Below, piece after piece: positions 48,269 to 58,299 of a stretch of 64,000 nucleotides of DNA (position 1 is the first letter of the stretch; the number at the start of each line of letters is the position of its first letter). The DNA lies in the IMG/VR virus record IMGVR_UViG_3300038954_000199; one strand, given 5' to 3'. The translations under genes and the position numbers were made by a program. The notes below the pieces were generated by a model. That model was not told where the DNA came from. It saw only the letters and a list, made by a program, of their open reading frames with translations, and did not search any database. This DNA comes from an uncultured virus (IMG/VR IMGVR_UViG_3300038954_000199) (Duplodnaviria > Heunggongvirae > Uroviricota > Caudoviricetes).

Positions 48269-49120
48269 ATGTCTTCTGATAATTCTCTCTCGACTAACCC
48301 TGGTAATCAACTACAGGGAATAAATACACAAGGAATATCGGTCAATAAAGACCATATTGAGGTTAATATTGATTGGGTAGATCCAACTACTAACCAATAC
48401 TTTGATCCAACTACTTATTCTGTTTCAGTAACAAAAGATGGTTCACCCTATACAGTAGAAAAAGTATTAGTTCCGTTATCAAGAGTAGACGATTCTGTAG
48501 GTGTTTGGCACTATTCGTTTCTTACTTCTGGAATGACTTCTGGAACATATGAGTTTACCTTTTCAGGTTCTACTAGTACTATATCAACTGTAACCCATAC
48601 ACTATCCTTTACTTCTGCCGAAATACCGGTAGAACAATATTTTATTGGTGCCTTGCGTGCAAAGTTATGGGATAAACGTGCAAGCAGATATCTTATTGAT
48701 GATAATCAACGAACTCGATGGACGGATGGTGAATTGTATAGTTTTGTTGATGATTCTCGATTAAGAATTGGTCAGGAACCTCCTAGTCCTGAAAATTTAT
48801 CCTGGCCGGTAGCGTTTTCGGAAGCCCATGACTTAGTTTTGACTGGTGGTTTTATTGGTGCCTTGGAAGCTGCGGGTATATTTTCGCAATGGAACAAGTT
48901 TAATTATTCCGATGAATTAAGTCTTAATGTAGACAGAACACCTTTTTTCCAAAATGCTCAAAGTCTAAAACAACAATGGATGCTATCTATAATGCGTTGG
49001 AAGAGAGACAAACAGTTCCATGCTGTTCGTGGAATAGGTATGCGTTCTGGAAGATTCCCGATGTACTATACGAGAGTTATGAGTCTTTTACCTCACATGT
49101 CCAGAGTCTTTTACGGTTAA
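48269..49120 (+). CDS. Putative head-tail adaptor/neck protein with N-terminal Ig-like domain
   Basis: LRAKLWD...RWTDGELYSFV...N.PP-like segment, FNYSD; position. Confidence 0.5.
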   Translation: MSSDNSLSTNPGNQLQGINTQGISVNKDHIEVNIDWVDPTTNQYFDPTTYSVSVTKDGSPYTVEKVLVPLSRVDDSVGVWHYSFLTSGMTSGTYEFTFSGSTSTISTVTHTLSFTSAEIPVEQYFIGALRAKLWDKRASRYLIDDNQRTRWTDGELYSFVDDSRLRIGQEPPSPENLSWPVAFSEAHDLVLTGGFIGALEAAGIFSQWNKFNYSDELSLNVDRTPFFQNAQSLKQQWMLSIMRWKRDKQFHAVRGIGMRSGRFPMYYTRVMSLLPHMSRVFYG

Positions 49121-49132
49121 CTTGGAGACTTT

Positions 49133-52100
49133 ATGTCGTTAATAGATATTATAACGTCAACCCTTAAAAAACAAGGTGACACGACTACCAAAAAAGTAAC
49201 CTATAAAATAAAATCAAAAGGTAGAAAATATTTTAAAGGTGAAAATGACAAGGGGTATACAAATAATATTGTTATCAACGATGTTAGTAAAGATTTTGAG
49301 GTAGGAGAAACATATACTTTCTCTGCCAATGTTGATTTTGATTATAGTAAATATGGTGTTAAAGTAACGGTAACTCCTATATCTGAAGAAGACGCCCAAG
49401 AAAAAGAGCGCTCCAAAGATATTGAAACTGCTAAAAAATGGTTGGGTTGGGTAGAAGAAAAAGCAGAAGAGGGTTACTTATATGAAAAGGGATTGAATAA
49501 AATAAAGCAGTTAGATGTTTTAGATGTTGAAGAAATAAAAGATAGAGTAGATAAAGCCAAAGAAACAGTAGAGAAAGTAAAAAATGACCGTATAAAAAAG
49601 CTTAAAGAGATACAATCCAAGTCTATTTATTTAAATGTCCCCTATGAAGAAAAGGACTATGCAAGACAATATGGTGCTCGGTGGGATTCCATTAGAAAAA
49701 AATGGTATTACCCCGGTCAAGATTTACCACAAGAACTAGAAAAATATGTTCCTGTATCTCAGGTTCCTCTTAAAGACGGAGAATACCGAATAGGAGGAGG
49801 TTCCGGATATGGATATGAGTATTATTCCCCAGGAACAGTTATCTATAATAAAGGCTTTTTTGAAAATGGTCCTGAATATCTTTATGTAATTAGATCAAGT
49901 AAAACGTACTATAGTGATGATGGTATGTCTTTCGGAGTAGGTGAGGATTCTGGATATTATTACACTTATATTGTTAGAGAAGCCACTCCTGAAGAAGCAA
50001 AAGAAGTAAAGGAAGTAATTGAAAAAGACGTATCTTACAAAGAGTCTAAAAAATCTTTGGATGAGATTAAAGACCGTATTATTTCTCAAGGAGACCGACC
50101 TGAAAAGGCAGATGCTCAGGGGGATATTGTATACGACACATTCAATATTTATGGTGGTGGCGAAAGATTTGTAATTGACAATACTTATATATGGTATATA
50201 CAAAATAATGGTGCTGATGGTGATAATTGGGAACTGAATAATGTGAGTACCGGCGGTGCAGGTGCTATCGGGTGGAGAGTTCCATACGATGAAGAGTTGG
50301 CCGAAAATATACGAGAAAAGTCTAAAAATATAAAAACCGGATCTTATGGAAAACCAATTGTATTCTTAGGTGGAGAAACAAAAACAGATTGGCGCAAAGA
50401 TGTAGTAAAGGAATTTGAAAATACCTTAACACTAATTGACCCGGTAGATCCTGATTGGGATCCAGAAGAAAACATATATGATGAATTAAAAAACATGCTA
50501 CTTTCTAATGATGTTGTATTTTATAATGGTGGTAAAGGTACTGAACATGAGAAAGAGTTTTTAGATTCTTTAGATCTTCCATATGTAAAATTTGACAATG
50601 TTGAAAAATTAAAGGAATATCTTAATAATAAATATGTAACTTCGAGCTATATAAAAGGTTCCTTGGAAGACAACAAGTTTTGGATATCTCCAGAGGGGTA
50701 CATTTTATATTTTGATGAAAATATTGAGCATGTCTATTATACTATTGATAACGATTTATATTATTCCGATGATATAGATGCTATAGAAGACTTTGGTGTT
50801 GTATTTTATAAAACAAAAGAGGGAATGAATAGTACAGGATGGGTACACGGAGGTTTTTCTCCTAAGTATTCTTATTTTTCTTTTGATCCTAATGCTCCAG
50901 TAGCAAAAAACCTGTTAAAAGATTTAGTTTTTGATGCTATATCGGATGGGAAAAAGGTTTTTATAGATGCTGCAAATATAAATGTAGGATTTACTACTGT
51001 TAAAGAAGCAGAAAAAATATTTAGTAATATCTTTGATAATGAACAAACTACAATAGCATCCAAGAACTATAAATTTTGGCTGGATCCTTCTGGTAATATT
51101 TACCAATTTTCTTCTTCAACAGATCATGGAAAATACGCGCACGAACATAATTTATACGATGATTATGCATTAGAAGACTCACCCGAATTAAAATACTATT
51201 CTATAATAACGGACATGCAAGAAAATGGTTGGGTACGGGGGGGATTTACCGGGAATTACCTGTCTTTAGAATATAAGCATAATACCAATTTACCAACACA
51301 ATCTATAAAAGAATTGATCCAGCGGGGGGTAGATGAAGATTTAACAATAATAATTGATACCGATAAGGGTTCGAATAAAATTGAGACCTCTTCACAAGCT
51401 AATGAGGTATTACGTTCTCTTGGATCTCTTGTTACTGCTGATCATAAATATGGCTGTTTATATTGTCCAGTTCCTGAGAATTTGCGAAGAACTATCCTTA
51501 AAGATGTAGTTCCGAATATTCCTCATGACATGCTTTCAGAAGAAAAAGACTTATTTGGAATAGAAGCAGACACACACATAACGACTTTATACGGTATTGA
51601 TAACAATCCGGAAACTGTTGAAGTCATTAAAGAATTTTTTACCGAACCTATTAAATTAAAGACTGGTCATATTGACTATTTTGATAATGAACACACTGTT
51701 GCTTATGTTTCGGTAGAATCAAAACAATTAACAGATCTACATAATAAATTAAAAGATAATCTGTTTAATAAAGATAATTATGATGATTACAAACCTCATA
51801 TAACAATAGCCTATCTAAAACCAGGAAGTAGACTTAATAGTAAAATAAAAACATTTGAATGGGAAACATCAAGATTAATATTAATTAATGAAGGAGATAC
51901 AAAAATCATTGATTTAAATAATGTTGTAGATCCTATAAATGTAATAAAGGGAACATTGAAATTAAGTTTTGATGCTGGTAGCTATGCATATGAAACCCCT
52001 TCTAAAATATTTGATGATGTAAGAGAAAAATTTCCTGGTAATTTAGGTGATAATCTTGATTATTATGACGTTAATTACTTTGACAACGAACAAAATAAAG

Positions 52101-52300
52101 CATTAGTTAAGAAACGTATAGACGATATGTGGAATTTAGATCCAACCGCAGTAGAGGAAGCGGATGTTGGAGATACTATTGAAGAAAAAGGAGAAGATGC
52201 AGATGATTATGGACTGGTCTCCGAGTCTGATGAATTACCCGGTAAGGACTATGAAGATTTTATAACAAAAACTATTGGATCAATAAGGTGTGTTTTGTGA
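49133..52300 (+). CDS. Polyvalent protein: DUF5710-like, deoxyribosyltransferase-like, duplicated FW.xPxG domain, Acb1-like 2H phosphoesterase
   Basis: YLNVPYEEKD.A...GARWD...KKWY; VFLGG...DWR...DP...W; HITTLYG and YKPHITIAY. Confidence 0.7.
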   Translation: MSLIDIITSTLKKQGDTTTKKVTYKIKSKGRKYFKGENDKGYTNNIVINDVSKDFEVGETYTFSANVDFDYSKYGVKVTVTPISEEDAQEKERSKDIETAKKWLGWVEEKAEEGYLYEKGLNKIKQLDVLDVEEIKDRVDKAKETVEKVKNDRIKKLKEIQSKSIYLNVPYEEKDYARQYGARWDSIRKKWYYPGQDLPQELEKYVPVSQVPLKDGEYRIGGGSGYGYEYYSPGTVIYNKGFFENGPEYLYVIRSSKTYYSDDGMSFGVGEDSGYYYTYIVREATPEEAKEVKEVIEKDVSYKESKKSLDEIKDRIISQGDRPEKADAQGDIVYDTFNIYGGGERFVIDNTYIWYIQNNGADGDNWELNNVSTGGAGAIGWRVPYDEELAENIREKSKNIKTGSYGKPIVFLGGETKTDWRKDVVKEFENTLTLIDPVDPDWDPEENIYDELKNMLLSNDVVFYNGGKGTEHEKEFLDSLDLPYVKFDNVEKLKEYLNNKYVTSSYIKGSLEDNKFWISPEGYILYFDENIEHVYYTIDNDLYYSDDIDAIEDFGVVFYKTKEGMNSTGWVHGGFSPKYSYFSFDPNAPVAKNLLKDLVFDAISDGKKVFIDAANINVGFTTVKEAEKIFSNIFDNEQTTIASKNYKFWLDPSGNIYQFSSSTDHGKYAHEHNLYDDYALEDSPELKYYSIITDMQENGWVRGGFTGNYLSLEYKHNTNLPTQSIKELIQRGVDEDLTIIIDTDKGSNKIETSSQANEVLRSLGSLVTADHKYGCLYCPVPENLRRTILKDVVPNIPHDMLSEEKDLFGIEADTHITTLYGIDNNPETVEVIKEFFTEPIKLKTGHIDYFDNEHTVAYVSVESKQLTDLHNKLKDNLFNKDNYDDYKPHITIAYLKPGSRLNSKIKTFEWETSRLILINEGDTKIIDLNNVVDPINVIKGTLKLSFDAGSYAYETPSKIFDDVREKFPGNLGDNLDYYDVNYFDNEQNKALVKKRIDDMWNLDPTAVEEADVGDTIEEKGEDADDYGLVSESDELPGKDYEDFITKTIGSIRCVL

Positions 52301-52977
52301 CTATAAAAGAATATTTTGTTCCAACTTATAATAGAAGCCGAGGACGTATTAAATACGGTGTGATTCATCATATATCGGTAAAGAATATTCCTGGATATAA
52401 ATCAGATCCTTATAACATTGATAGAATACTTAAGTTTTTTGAGGATGAAGGAAGTCAATATAAATTTTCATGCCATTATATAATAGATAGAACCGGGAAT
52501 ATTTATCAATTAGTACGGTTAAAAAATACAGCTTGGCATGCAGGAAAGTCGGTATTAGCTATACCCAATTATGAAGAAAATATAAATGATATTTCTGTAG
52601 GTGTTGAGATGGTTGGTATGACTGGTGATACGTTTACAGATGAACAATATAACTCTTTAGCAGAACTATCTACTCATATTGAAGACCAAGTTAGAGATTT
52701 AAATCTAGGTAATATTGAACATTGGGTTGGTCATGATTGGATAAGTGGGGTGATAGCCCACAAATTAGATATAAGAGACGATATTAAAGTAGACCCAGGT
52801 AATTTTGATTGGTCTAGGTTTAATTATCTACGAATAAAAAATAGAGTCTATAATGAGGTGTGGTCAAAATGTAAAGTTAGGCTTAGACAAGATATAGAAT
52901 CTGATATACGTAGAATATTTAAAAACAAATTAACCATTAAAGAGTTATTATCTCTATTAATTAAAAAAGTAATATAA
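52297..52977 (+). CDS. N-acetylmuramoyl-L-alanine amidase (AmpD/Amidase_2)
   Basis: VIHH, CHYIIDRTG.IYQLV...AWHAG, SVGVE, GHD, KVDPG.FDW. Confidence 0.88.
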   Translation: MTIKEYFVPTYNRSRGRIKYGVIHHISVKNIPGYKSDPYNIDRILKFFEDEGSQYKFSCHYIIDRTGNIYQLVRLKNTAWHAGKSVLAIPNYEENINDISVGVEMVGMTGDTFTDEQYNSLAELSTHIEDQVRDLNLGNIEHWVGHDWISGVIAHKLDIRDDIKVDPGNFDWSRFNYLRIKNRVYNEVWSKCKVRLRQDIESDIRRIFKNKLTIKELLSLLIKKVI

Positions 52978-52978
52978 C

Positions 52979-53821
52979 ATGGATTTTGGATTAGTTGTAA
53001 ATCGTATTTTAACTGGTGCTGGTAATTACGTAGTAGATTTATCCTGGACACATGTACGAAGTGTTAGAGGATACAACGTTTATCGCTCAGAATCACGATC
53101 CGACGATCCTAATGACTGGGCTAAAATAAATACAAAAGAGATCCATGTTAATTATTACCAGGATAAAGGGTTTACTGGGGATCCTGTTGATAATGGTAAA
53201 GTTCAATGGTTTTACAAGGTTATACCAGTTACCCTTGCAGGTGATGAATACCCTTTATCTAAATCTGAATCGGAAACCTTTGCTACCCGCTTAAATGGTA
53301 TTCAACAGTTTGTTGCGCCTACAATAAGAATGCGTACTCATATGATGTTGGATCCTACTCGGTTTTCAGCATCGGAACCGGTTCATTTTTTAGTTCGCAA
53401 ATGGGCCGGAGAATATTGTGATTGTATTGATGTAAGGACAAGGAAAGTAGATGCAAATTGCCCAAATTGTTTTGGTCATGGTTATAAAGGCGGTTTTGAA
53501 CTTATTGAAAGTGTTTATTGTAGAATGAAATCTAACCCAAAAAGGTTAATGGGTAATTCTGGTGGTGTTACTATTGAAGAACGAACAACTGGAACTATTG
53601 AAGCGTACCCAAGATTAACAGAGGGGGATATATTAATACGGTTACATAATGAACGCTTTAGAATACGTAATGTTAAACAAAGAAAGATTCAGGGTTATAT
53701 AACTGCACAAGCATTTGAGCTGGAAAAAATGCAATTGTATGATATGGCTTATAGAGTACCGGCTCCTCCTATTGTGTTACCAACCAGAAGACTTGGGCAA
53801 GAAAACCCTAATACCGTGTAA
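52979..53821 (+). CDS. Putative neck/head-closure protein (FN3-like N-terminus, Cys4 motif)
   Basis: LSW...GYNVYRS; CDC...CPNCFGHGYKGGF; PRLTEGDILI. Confidence 0.5.
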   Translation: MDFGLVVNRILTGAGNYVVDLSWTHVRSVRGYNVYRSESRSDDPNDWAKINTKEIHVNYYQDKGFTGDPVDNGKVQWFYKVIPVTLAGDEYPLSKSESETFATRLNGIQQFVAPTIRMRTHMMLDPTRFSASEPVHFLVRKWAGEYCDCIDVRTRKVDANCPNCFGHGYKGGFELIESVYCRMKSNPKRLMGNSGGVTIEERTTGTIEAYPRLTEGDILIRLHNERFRIRNVKQRKIQGYITAQAFELEKMQLYDMAYRVPAPPIVLPTRRLGQENPNTV

Positions 53822-55800
53822 TGTCTAGTTCATCAAGTTCATACTCTTCAAGTTCATGTTCATCTAGGTCTTGTTCATCATCTAGTCATTCAACATCATT
53901 GTTAAGTCAAAGATCGTTATGGACAAACATAATGCATCGGGAAGAATATAATTCTATTAATCATGGTAGGGGTGGTAGTTGGCCAAGGAACAATATTAAC
54001 GTTTTAGGATATGATCGAAATACACAAACACTTTTTAGAACAGGGGTAGGAACTGGAACAGATTTTACCGGATATCATAATCAATATTCAAGTAGTTCGC
54101 ATAGTTCTAGTTTAAGTTCGTCAAGTTCAAGTTTTAGCAGTTCATCTTCATGCTCACACAGTTTGTCAAGTAGTTCATGTTCCAGTTTTAATTCAGGAGG
54201 AGATGTGGATACAAATGGTGCTGTCTTTGTGACAGATGTGGATGCTACGGGAGCAGGAAACGTTGGCGATAAAGTATTTGATGCTGATGGATTTACACTT
54301 CAAAGTTTCTCTACCGATACGGATTTGTTGACAGTAAGTTTTCTTGCTTTTACGGGTTATACGCACTATAAACCGAGACTTACTATCAATGGTGATAGTA
54401 TACCTCTTGAAAATTACTCGTTATCAGGTGCTGGTCAATGGACAGGAACAGTAGAAATAGATCTAAATGGTTCATCCGAAATTTCGGTTGAACATGAAGA
54501 TAATCCCGAAGCGTATACAGTAGACGTATCGGTTGCTTCTGGAGCAGAAGTTACAGATCTTACCTTTACAGGTGATTATCCAGGATCACAAACTGAACTT
54601 AAATCTGGAGATACATTTGACATTTCATTTACTACTGACGTGGCTTGTGATAGAGTAGAAGTATATGATCATGAGGCTTGTGTATCTGATACAGAAGTAT
54701 TGGTAGCCGGAACGTCTCACACGATATCCGTAACAATCGCTGACCGGGGTTCCGGCACAGTATCTGAACAGACGGTTCGTATTAGGTGTAGAAATGCGTC
54801 AAATTCTTTTTGGGGGGATCCTGCTGTAGCAACTGATTTTCATACCGGTGATGGTACAGGAACAGTTGAACTTAATAATGATTACCCTGTCATATCTTCA
54901 ATTGGGCAAAGTGATATTGACTATCCGGCGTCTCAGGAAGCGCTTAAAGATGCTGAGTCGGCAACGGTTAACCATACAGTCTCATTTCCAACAGGTACTG
55001 GAACAGTTGCTTACGATTCACCAAACAGTCAATTGTCTATTACTAATTCATCTACTTACGAAGCAGCAAAATCCGTTTCAAGAATAGATGGGTCCTATAA
55101 TGTATCAACAAATAACTTTAGAGTGGTAGCAACTAAAACAACTAATGCAGCAGAAACAACTAGACAAGGGGTAGTGTATATTTCCAATGTTGCTCCGACG
55201 ATTAATATTAGTTCGCCAACTAGATTGAGATCAGGTGGTAATCAGGGAACTTCGGCTCAAAACCATACGATAACAATTGTATCTTCTCAAGACTTAATAG
55301 AATCTCCGACATTATCTGCCGATATCGGAACATTTCAGGGTGGTGGATTTACTGGTGGACCAACGAGTTGGACACGATCTTTACAGATTCATGATGATGA
55401 TTCTAAAGGAACTGGAACTTTTTCAAGTCTTGTTGCTACCAGTCTTTCTGGGATTGAACAGAACACAATTAATTCTGGTGATAAATATACTGTAGGGGGA
55501 TTTGTTGAAAGGACACTTACTATTGATTCTTGGCCTAATAGGGAAACCAACATTGGAACTCAAGTATCTGATACAGCAAAACTGGAATGTGAAAACCTAT
55601 CTAAGGGTGGTGATGGTCCTAATGGTGGAACTGTCTTTACTTATGATGCCGACACAGACAACGAAGTAGATAAATTTACTATTACTGAACCGACAGGTGT
55701 TGCTAATCCTACTGGGAATTTATGGTATAATAAAGATGAAGCAAATGCGGTATCAAATACAGGTGGATCTGCTCAAGTAATATTAGAAGAGGTGGTCTAA
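53821..55800 (+). CDS. Virion structural protein with poly-Ser N-terminus and Ig-like beta repeats
   Basis: Two Ser tracts; Thr/Gly/Ser-rich beta sequence. Confidence 0.6.
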   Translation: MSSSSSSYSSSSCSSRSCSSSSHSTSLLSQRSLWTNIMHREEYNSINHGRGGSWPRNNINVLGYDRNTQTLFRTGVGTGTDFTGYHNQYSSSSHSSSLSSSSSSFSSSSSCSHSLSSSSCSSFNSGGDVDTNGAVFVTDVDATGAGNVGDKVFDADGFTLQSFSTDTDLLTVSFLAFTGYTHYKPRLTINGDSIPLENYSLSGAGQWTGTVEIDLNGSSEISVEHEDNPEAYTVDVSVASGAEVTDLTFTGDYPGSQTELKSGDTFDISFTTDVACDRVEVYDHEACVSDTEVLVAGTSHTISVTIADRGSGTVSEQTVRIRCRNASNSFWGDPAVATDFHTGDGTGTVELNNDYPVISSIGQSDIDYPASQEALKDAESATVNHTVSFPTGTGTVAYDSPNSQLSITNSSTYEAAKSVSRIDGSYNVSTNNFRVVATKTTNAAETTRQGVVYISNVAPTINISSPTRLRSGGNQGTSAQNHTITIVSSQDLIESPTLSADIGTFQGGGFTGGPTSWTRSLQIHDDDSKGTGTFSSLVATSLSGIEQNTINSGDKYTVGGFVERTLTIDSWPNRETNIGTQVSDTAKLECENLSKGGDGPNGGTVFTYDADTDNEVDKFTITEPTGVANPTGNLWYNKDEANAVSNTGGSAQVILEEVV

Positions 55801-58299
55801 ATGAGTGCATTTACTGATTTTGTTAATGCCGAACTTCCAAGACGTGTAAATGTTGATGGGTTAACTGCAACGGAAGGAAAGGGACTAAAATTTACGGGGG
55901 TAGGATTACAAGTAGAAGAAGTAGATTTATCAACGGTTGTTCCCGGATCGTTGTTGGTAGGAACGTCTGCACAAGCACAATATTCTAGTATCGTTGATGC
56001 TTATGAATATGCAAAAACAGATGATTCAATATCGAAAATATTTATTGAGCCTGGAACATATAATGAAACGGGTTATTTAGACATTACTTTAATTAACACA
56101 AGATTTAAAGGATTTGAAGGAACAGATCCAGTTAATAGACCCGTTATAAATTTTTCAGATTCGGATAAATCTGTAAAAATAACTGGTAGCGGTAATTTAA
56201 CGTTAATTAATTGCCAATTGCAATCTTGGTTTCCAAGCTCAGATCATACGTTGATATCTATAGAATCTGGTGCTGGAGATAACCCAAACATAACTTTAGA
56301 TAACTCTTTTCTTTTATTATTAAATCCTTTAGTTACATCTAATACGTATAGAATAATTGGTAGGCCATCTGGTATGGAAGGAACCCCTACAGAACCTCAA
56401 ATCCATCTTGAAAATGGCTCAGTAATTACGATGAATGTATTTAATACTCAAGATCCTTCTGGAACAATTTCTGTAATTGATATTCCCTATACCAATAGTG
56501 AAACCGAAGAGAGTGGGTCTAGTTTTTTAAAAATAATAGAAACTAGTACAATTGGATTAATTAGTCATTCAAACAATGATGTTGTTTTTATAAATTGGGA
56601 ATTTCTAAAATCAATTTATATTAAAAACCCTGATAGTTTTGTTGCTCGTGTAAATTCAGGAACACCTGCAAATTCAAACTTAACATGGTTTCGAACCTTT
56701 ACGGACGAGGTAAATATAAATTGTGTAGGAATGACACTTAATTCTCAAGTGGATTCTTCTACTCCTTCTTCGAATAATGAACACATCTATGTATTTGATT
56801 GTGCTACTATAGATTCAGGTTCATTTATTAAAACTAGAAACAATAAGTTCTTTCCTTTTCCTGCCACAGGATCTAATGTAATAACAAAAAATGCACGAAA
56901 TTCTATCGTTTTACAACATGTTTTAGATGAGGTATGTGATGACGTGTCTATCACTTCTGGAGGAGATGGAACTGAAATTCTAACCTATTCGTTATTAACA
57001 GATTCAGGTAAAATAATAATGACTACGGGGTCTACGCCGTTAGTTCCGTCAAGTGTAATAAAAGTAGGTCCTGATGGAACGTGGTCCGATTATACAACGT
57101 TAGAAGAAGGTATTCAAGCTGCAGGAGAGTTATCATCTACAACTGGTAGAACTGTTGAAGTACGAGTTGCTCCGGGATCATATACAATTGATAGTCAAGT
57201 TGATTTAACATATACTAGTGAAACATTTGCTAGTGTAGTTGTAAAAGGTTTATCTCCACACGATTATTTAGAACCGGGAGGTAAAAATCCAGTAGGAACA
57301 ATTTGGACATCTACGGTATTTATACAAATAGACCCAACAACAACAAGCCCCATATTTTCTTTAAGTTATACTCGACTAGAATTTAGAGATTGTGCATTTG
57401 ATTGTAAACCACTCGGGACAGATTTTATACCGGAAGACTTTTCAATTTTTTATGGATCTGGTAATAATTCTACTATTTTTAATAACTGTTCTTTAAGTTT
57501 AATAGATGTTAATCCATCTGAGTCATCTCATCATTTACAACTTATAACAGGTGCCGCAGGAGCGTGTTCTGTAACCTTTAAGGATAGTTTTGTTTCCTGG
57601 AAGGTTCTATATTCAACAGATGGGGGATCGGACAGGTTTTTGATTAACTTCGGAGCAGGTTGTTCTCATCCGTATGTGTATTCTTATAATTCTAGATTTT
57701 TAATGAATAGATTTACCCTTAATTTAACAACAGAAGATTTTGGTTTTTTATTGTTTGAACCAAGTGTGAATGATAATCTCCCACGATTCTATTTTGATAA
57801 TAATATATTTGAAATTGATTCTGGTGGTACTGTCCCGAACTTTCATATAATTAAGTCAACTGTAAATAATCCTGGAGTAAAATCAAATATAATTAAGAAC
57901 AACGACTTCTTATTTTGGTTAGGTGATGATGAGGCTACTCCTAGTAATAATCATCGTGTGTTAACTTTAGATTCACAATCAGATGATTGTAAATTAATAA
58001 GTTTTACTAATAGATTTAATACTTCGGATAATAATTTAGGTAATAAGGCACCCATAGAAGTTTTTTCTATAGGTTCTGGGGATATTATTTATAGTAACTA
58101 TGATCGATTTATAAATATATCCAGTTCTGATAGATCGGTTGGAGCAGGAACGTTAGAATGGAATACAGATATTGAGGATTCACCGTATACTGTGTCAGCA
58201 GCAGGAAATTGGTCAGGAAGTGCGCCGGATACAATAACCGGTGCTATGCAACGAATGGAAGATCTTCTAGTTACTCTTAATGGTGGTGCAATTCCATGA
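55801..58299 (+). CDS. Fibre/spike-like protein with two pectin-lyase-like beta-helix modules
   Basis: VG....QYSSIVDA...IFIEPGTY and KVGPDG...YTTLEEGIQAA...VRVAPGSY caps. Confidence 0.55.
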   Translation: MSAFTDFVNAELPRRVNVDGLTATEGKGLKFTGVGLQVEEVDLSTVVPGSLLVGTSAQAQYSSIVDAYEYAKTDDSISKIFIEPGTYNETGYLDITLINTRFKGFEGTDPVNRPVINFSDSDKSVKITGSGNLTLINCQLQSWFPSSDHTLISIESGAGDNPNITLDNSFLLLLNPLVTSNTYRIIGRPSGMEGTPTEPQIHLENGSVITMNVFNTQDPSGTISVIDIPYTNSETEESGSSFLKIIETSTIGLISHSNNDVVFINWEFLKSIYIKNPDSFVARVNSGTPANSNLTWFRTFTDEVNINCVGMTLNSQVDSSTPSSNNEHIYVFDCATIDSGSFIKTRNNKFFPFPATGSNVITKNARNSIVLQHVLDEVCDDVSITSGGDGTEILTYSLLTDSGKIIMTTGSTPLVPSSVIKVGPDGTWSDYTTLEEGIQAAGELSSTTGRTVEVRVAPGSYTIDSQVDLTYTSETFASVVVKGLSPHDYLEPGGKNPVGTIWTSTVFIQIDPTTTSPIFSLSYTRLEFRDCAFDCKPLGTDFIPEDFSIFYGSGNNSTIFNNCSLSLIDVNPSESSHHLQLITGAAGACSVTFKDSFVSWKVLYSTDGGSDRFLINFGAGCSHPYVYSYNSRFLMNRFTLNLTTEDFGFLLFEPSVNDNLPRFYFDNNIFEIDSGGTVPNFHIIKSTVNNPGVKSNIIKNNDFLFWLGDDEATPSNNHRVLTLDSQSDDCKLISFTNRFNTSDNNLGNKAPIEVFSIGSGDIIYSNYDRFINISSSDRSVGAGTLEWNTDIEDSPYTVSAAGNWSGSAPDTITGAMQRMEDLLVTLNGGAIP

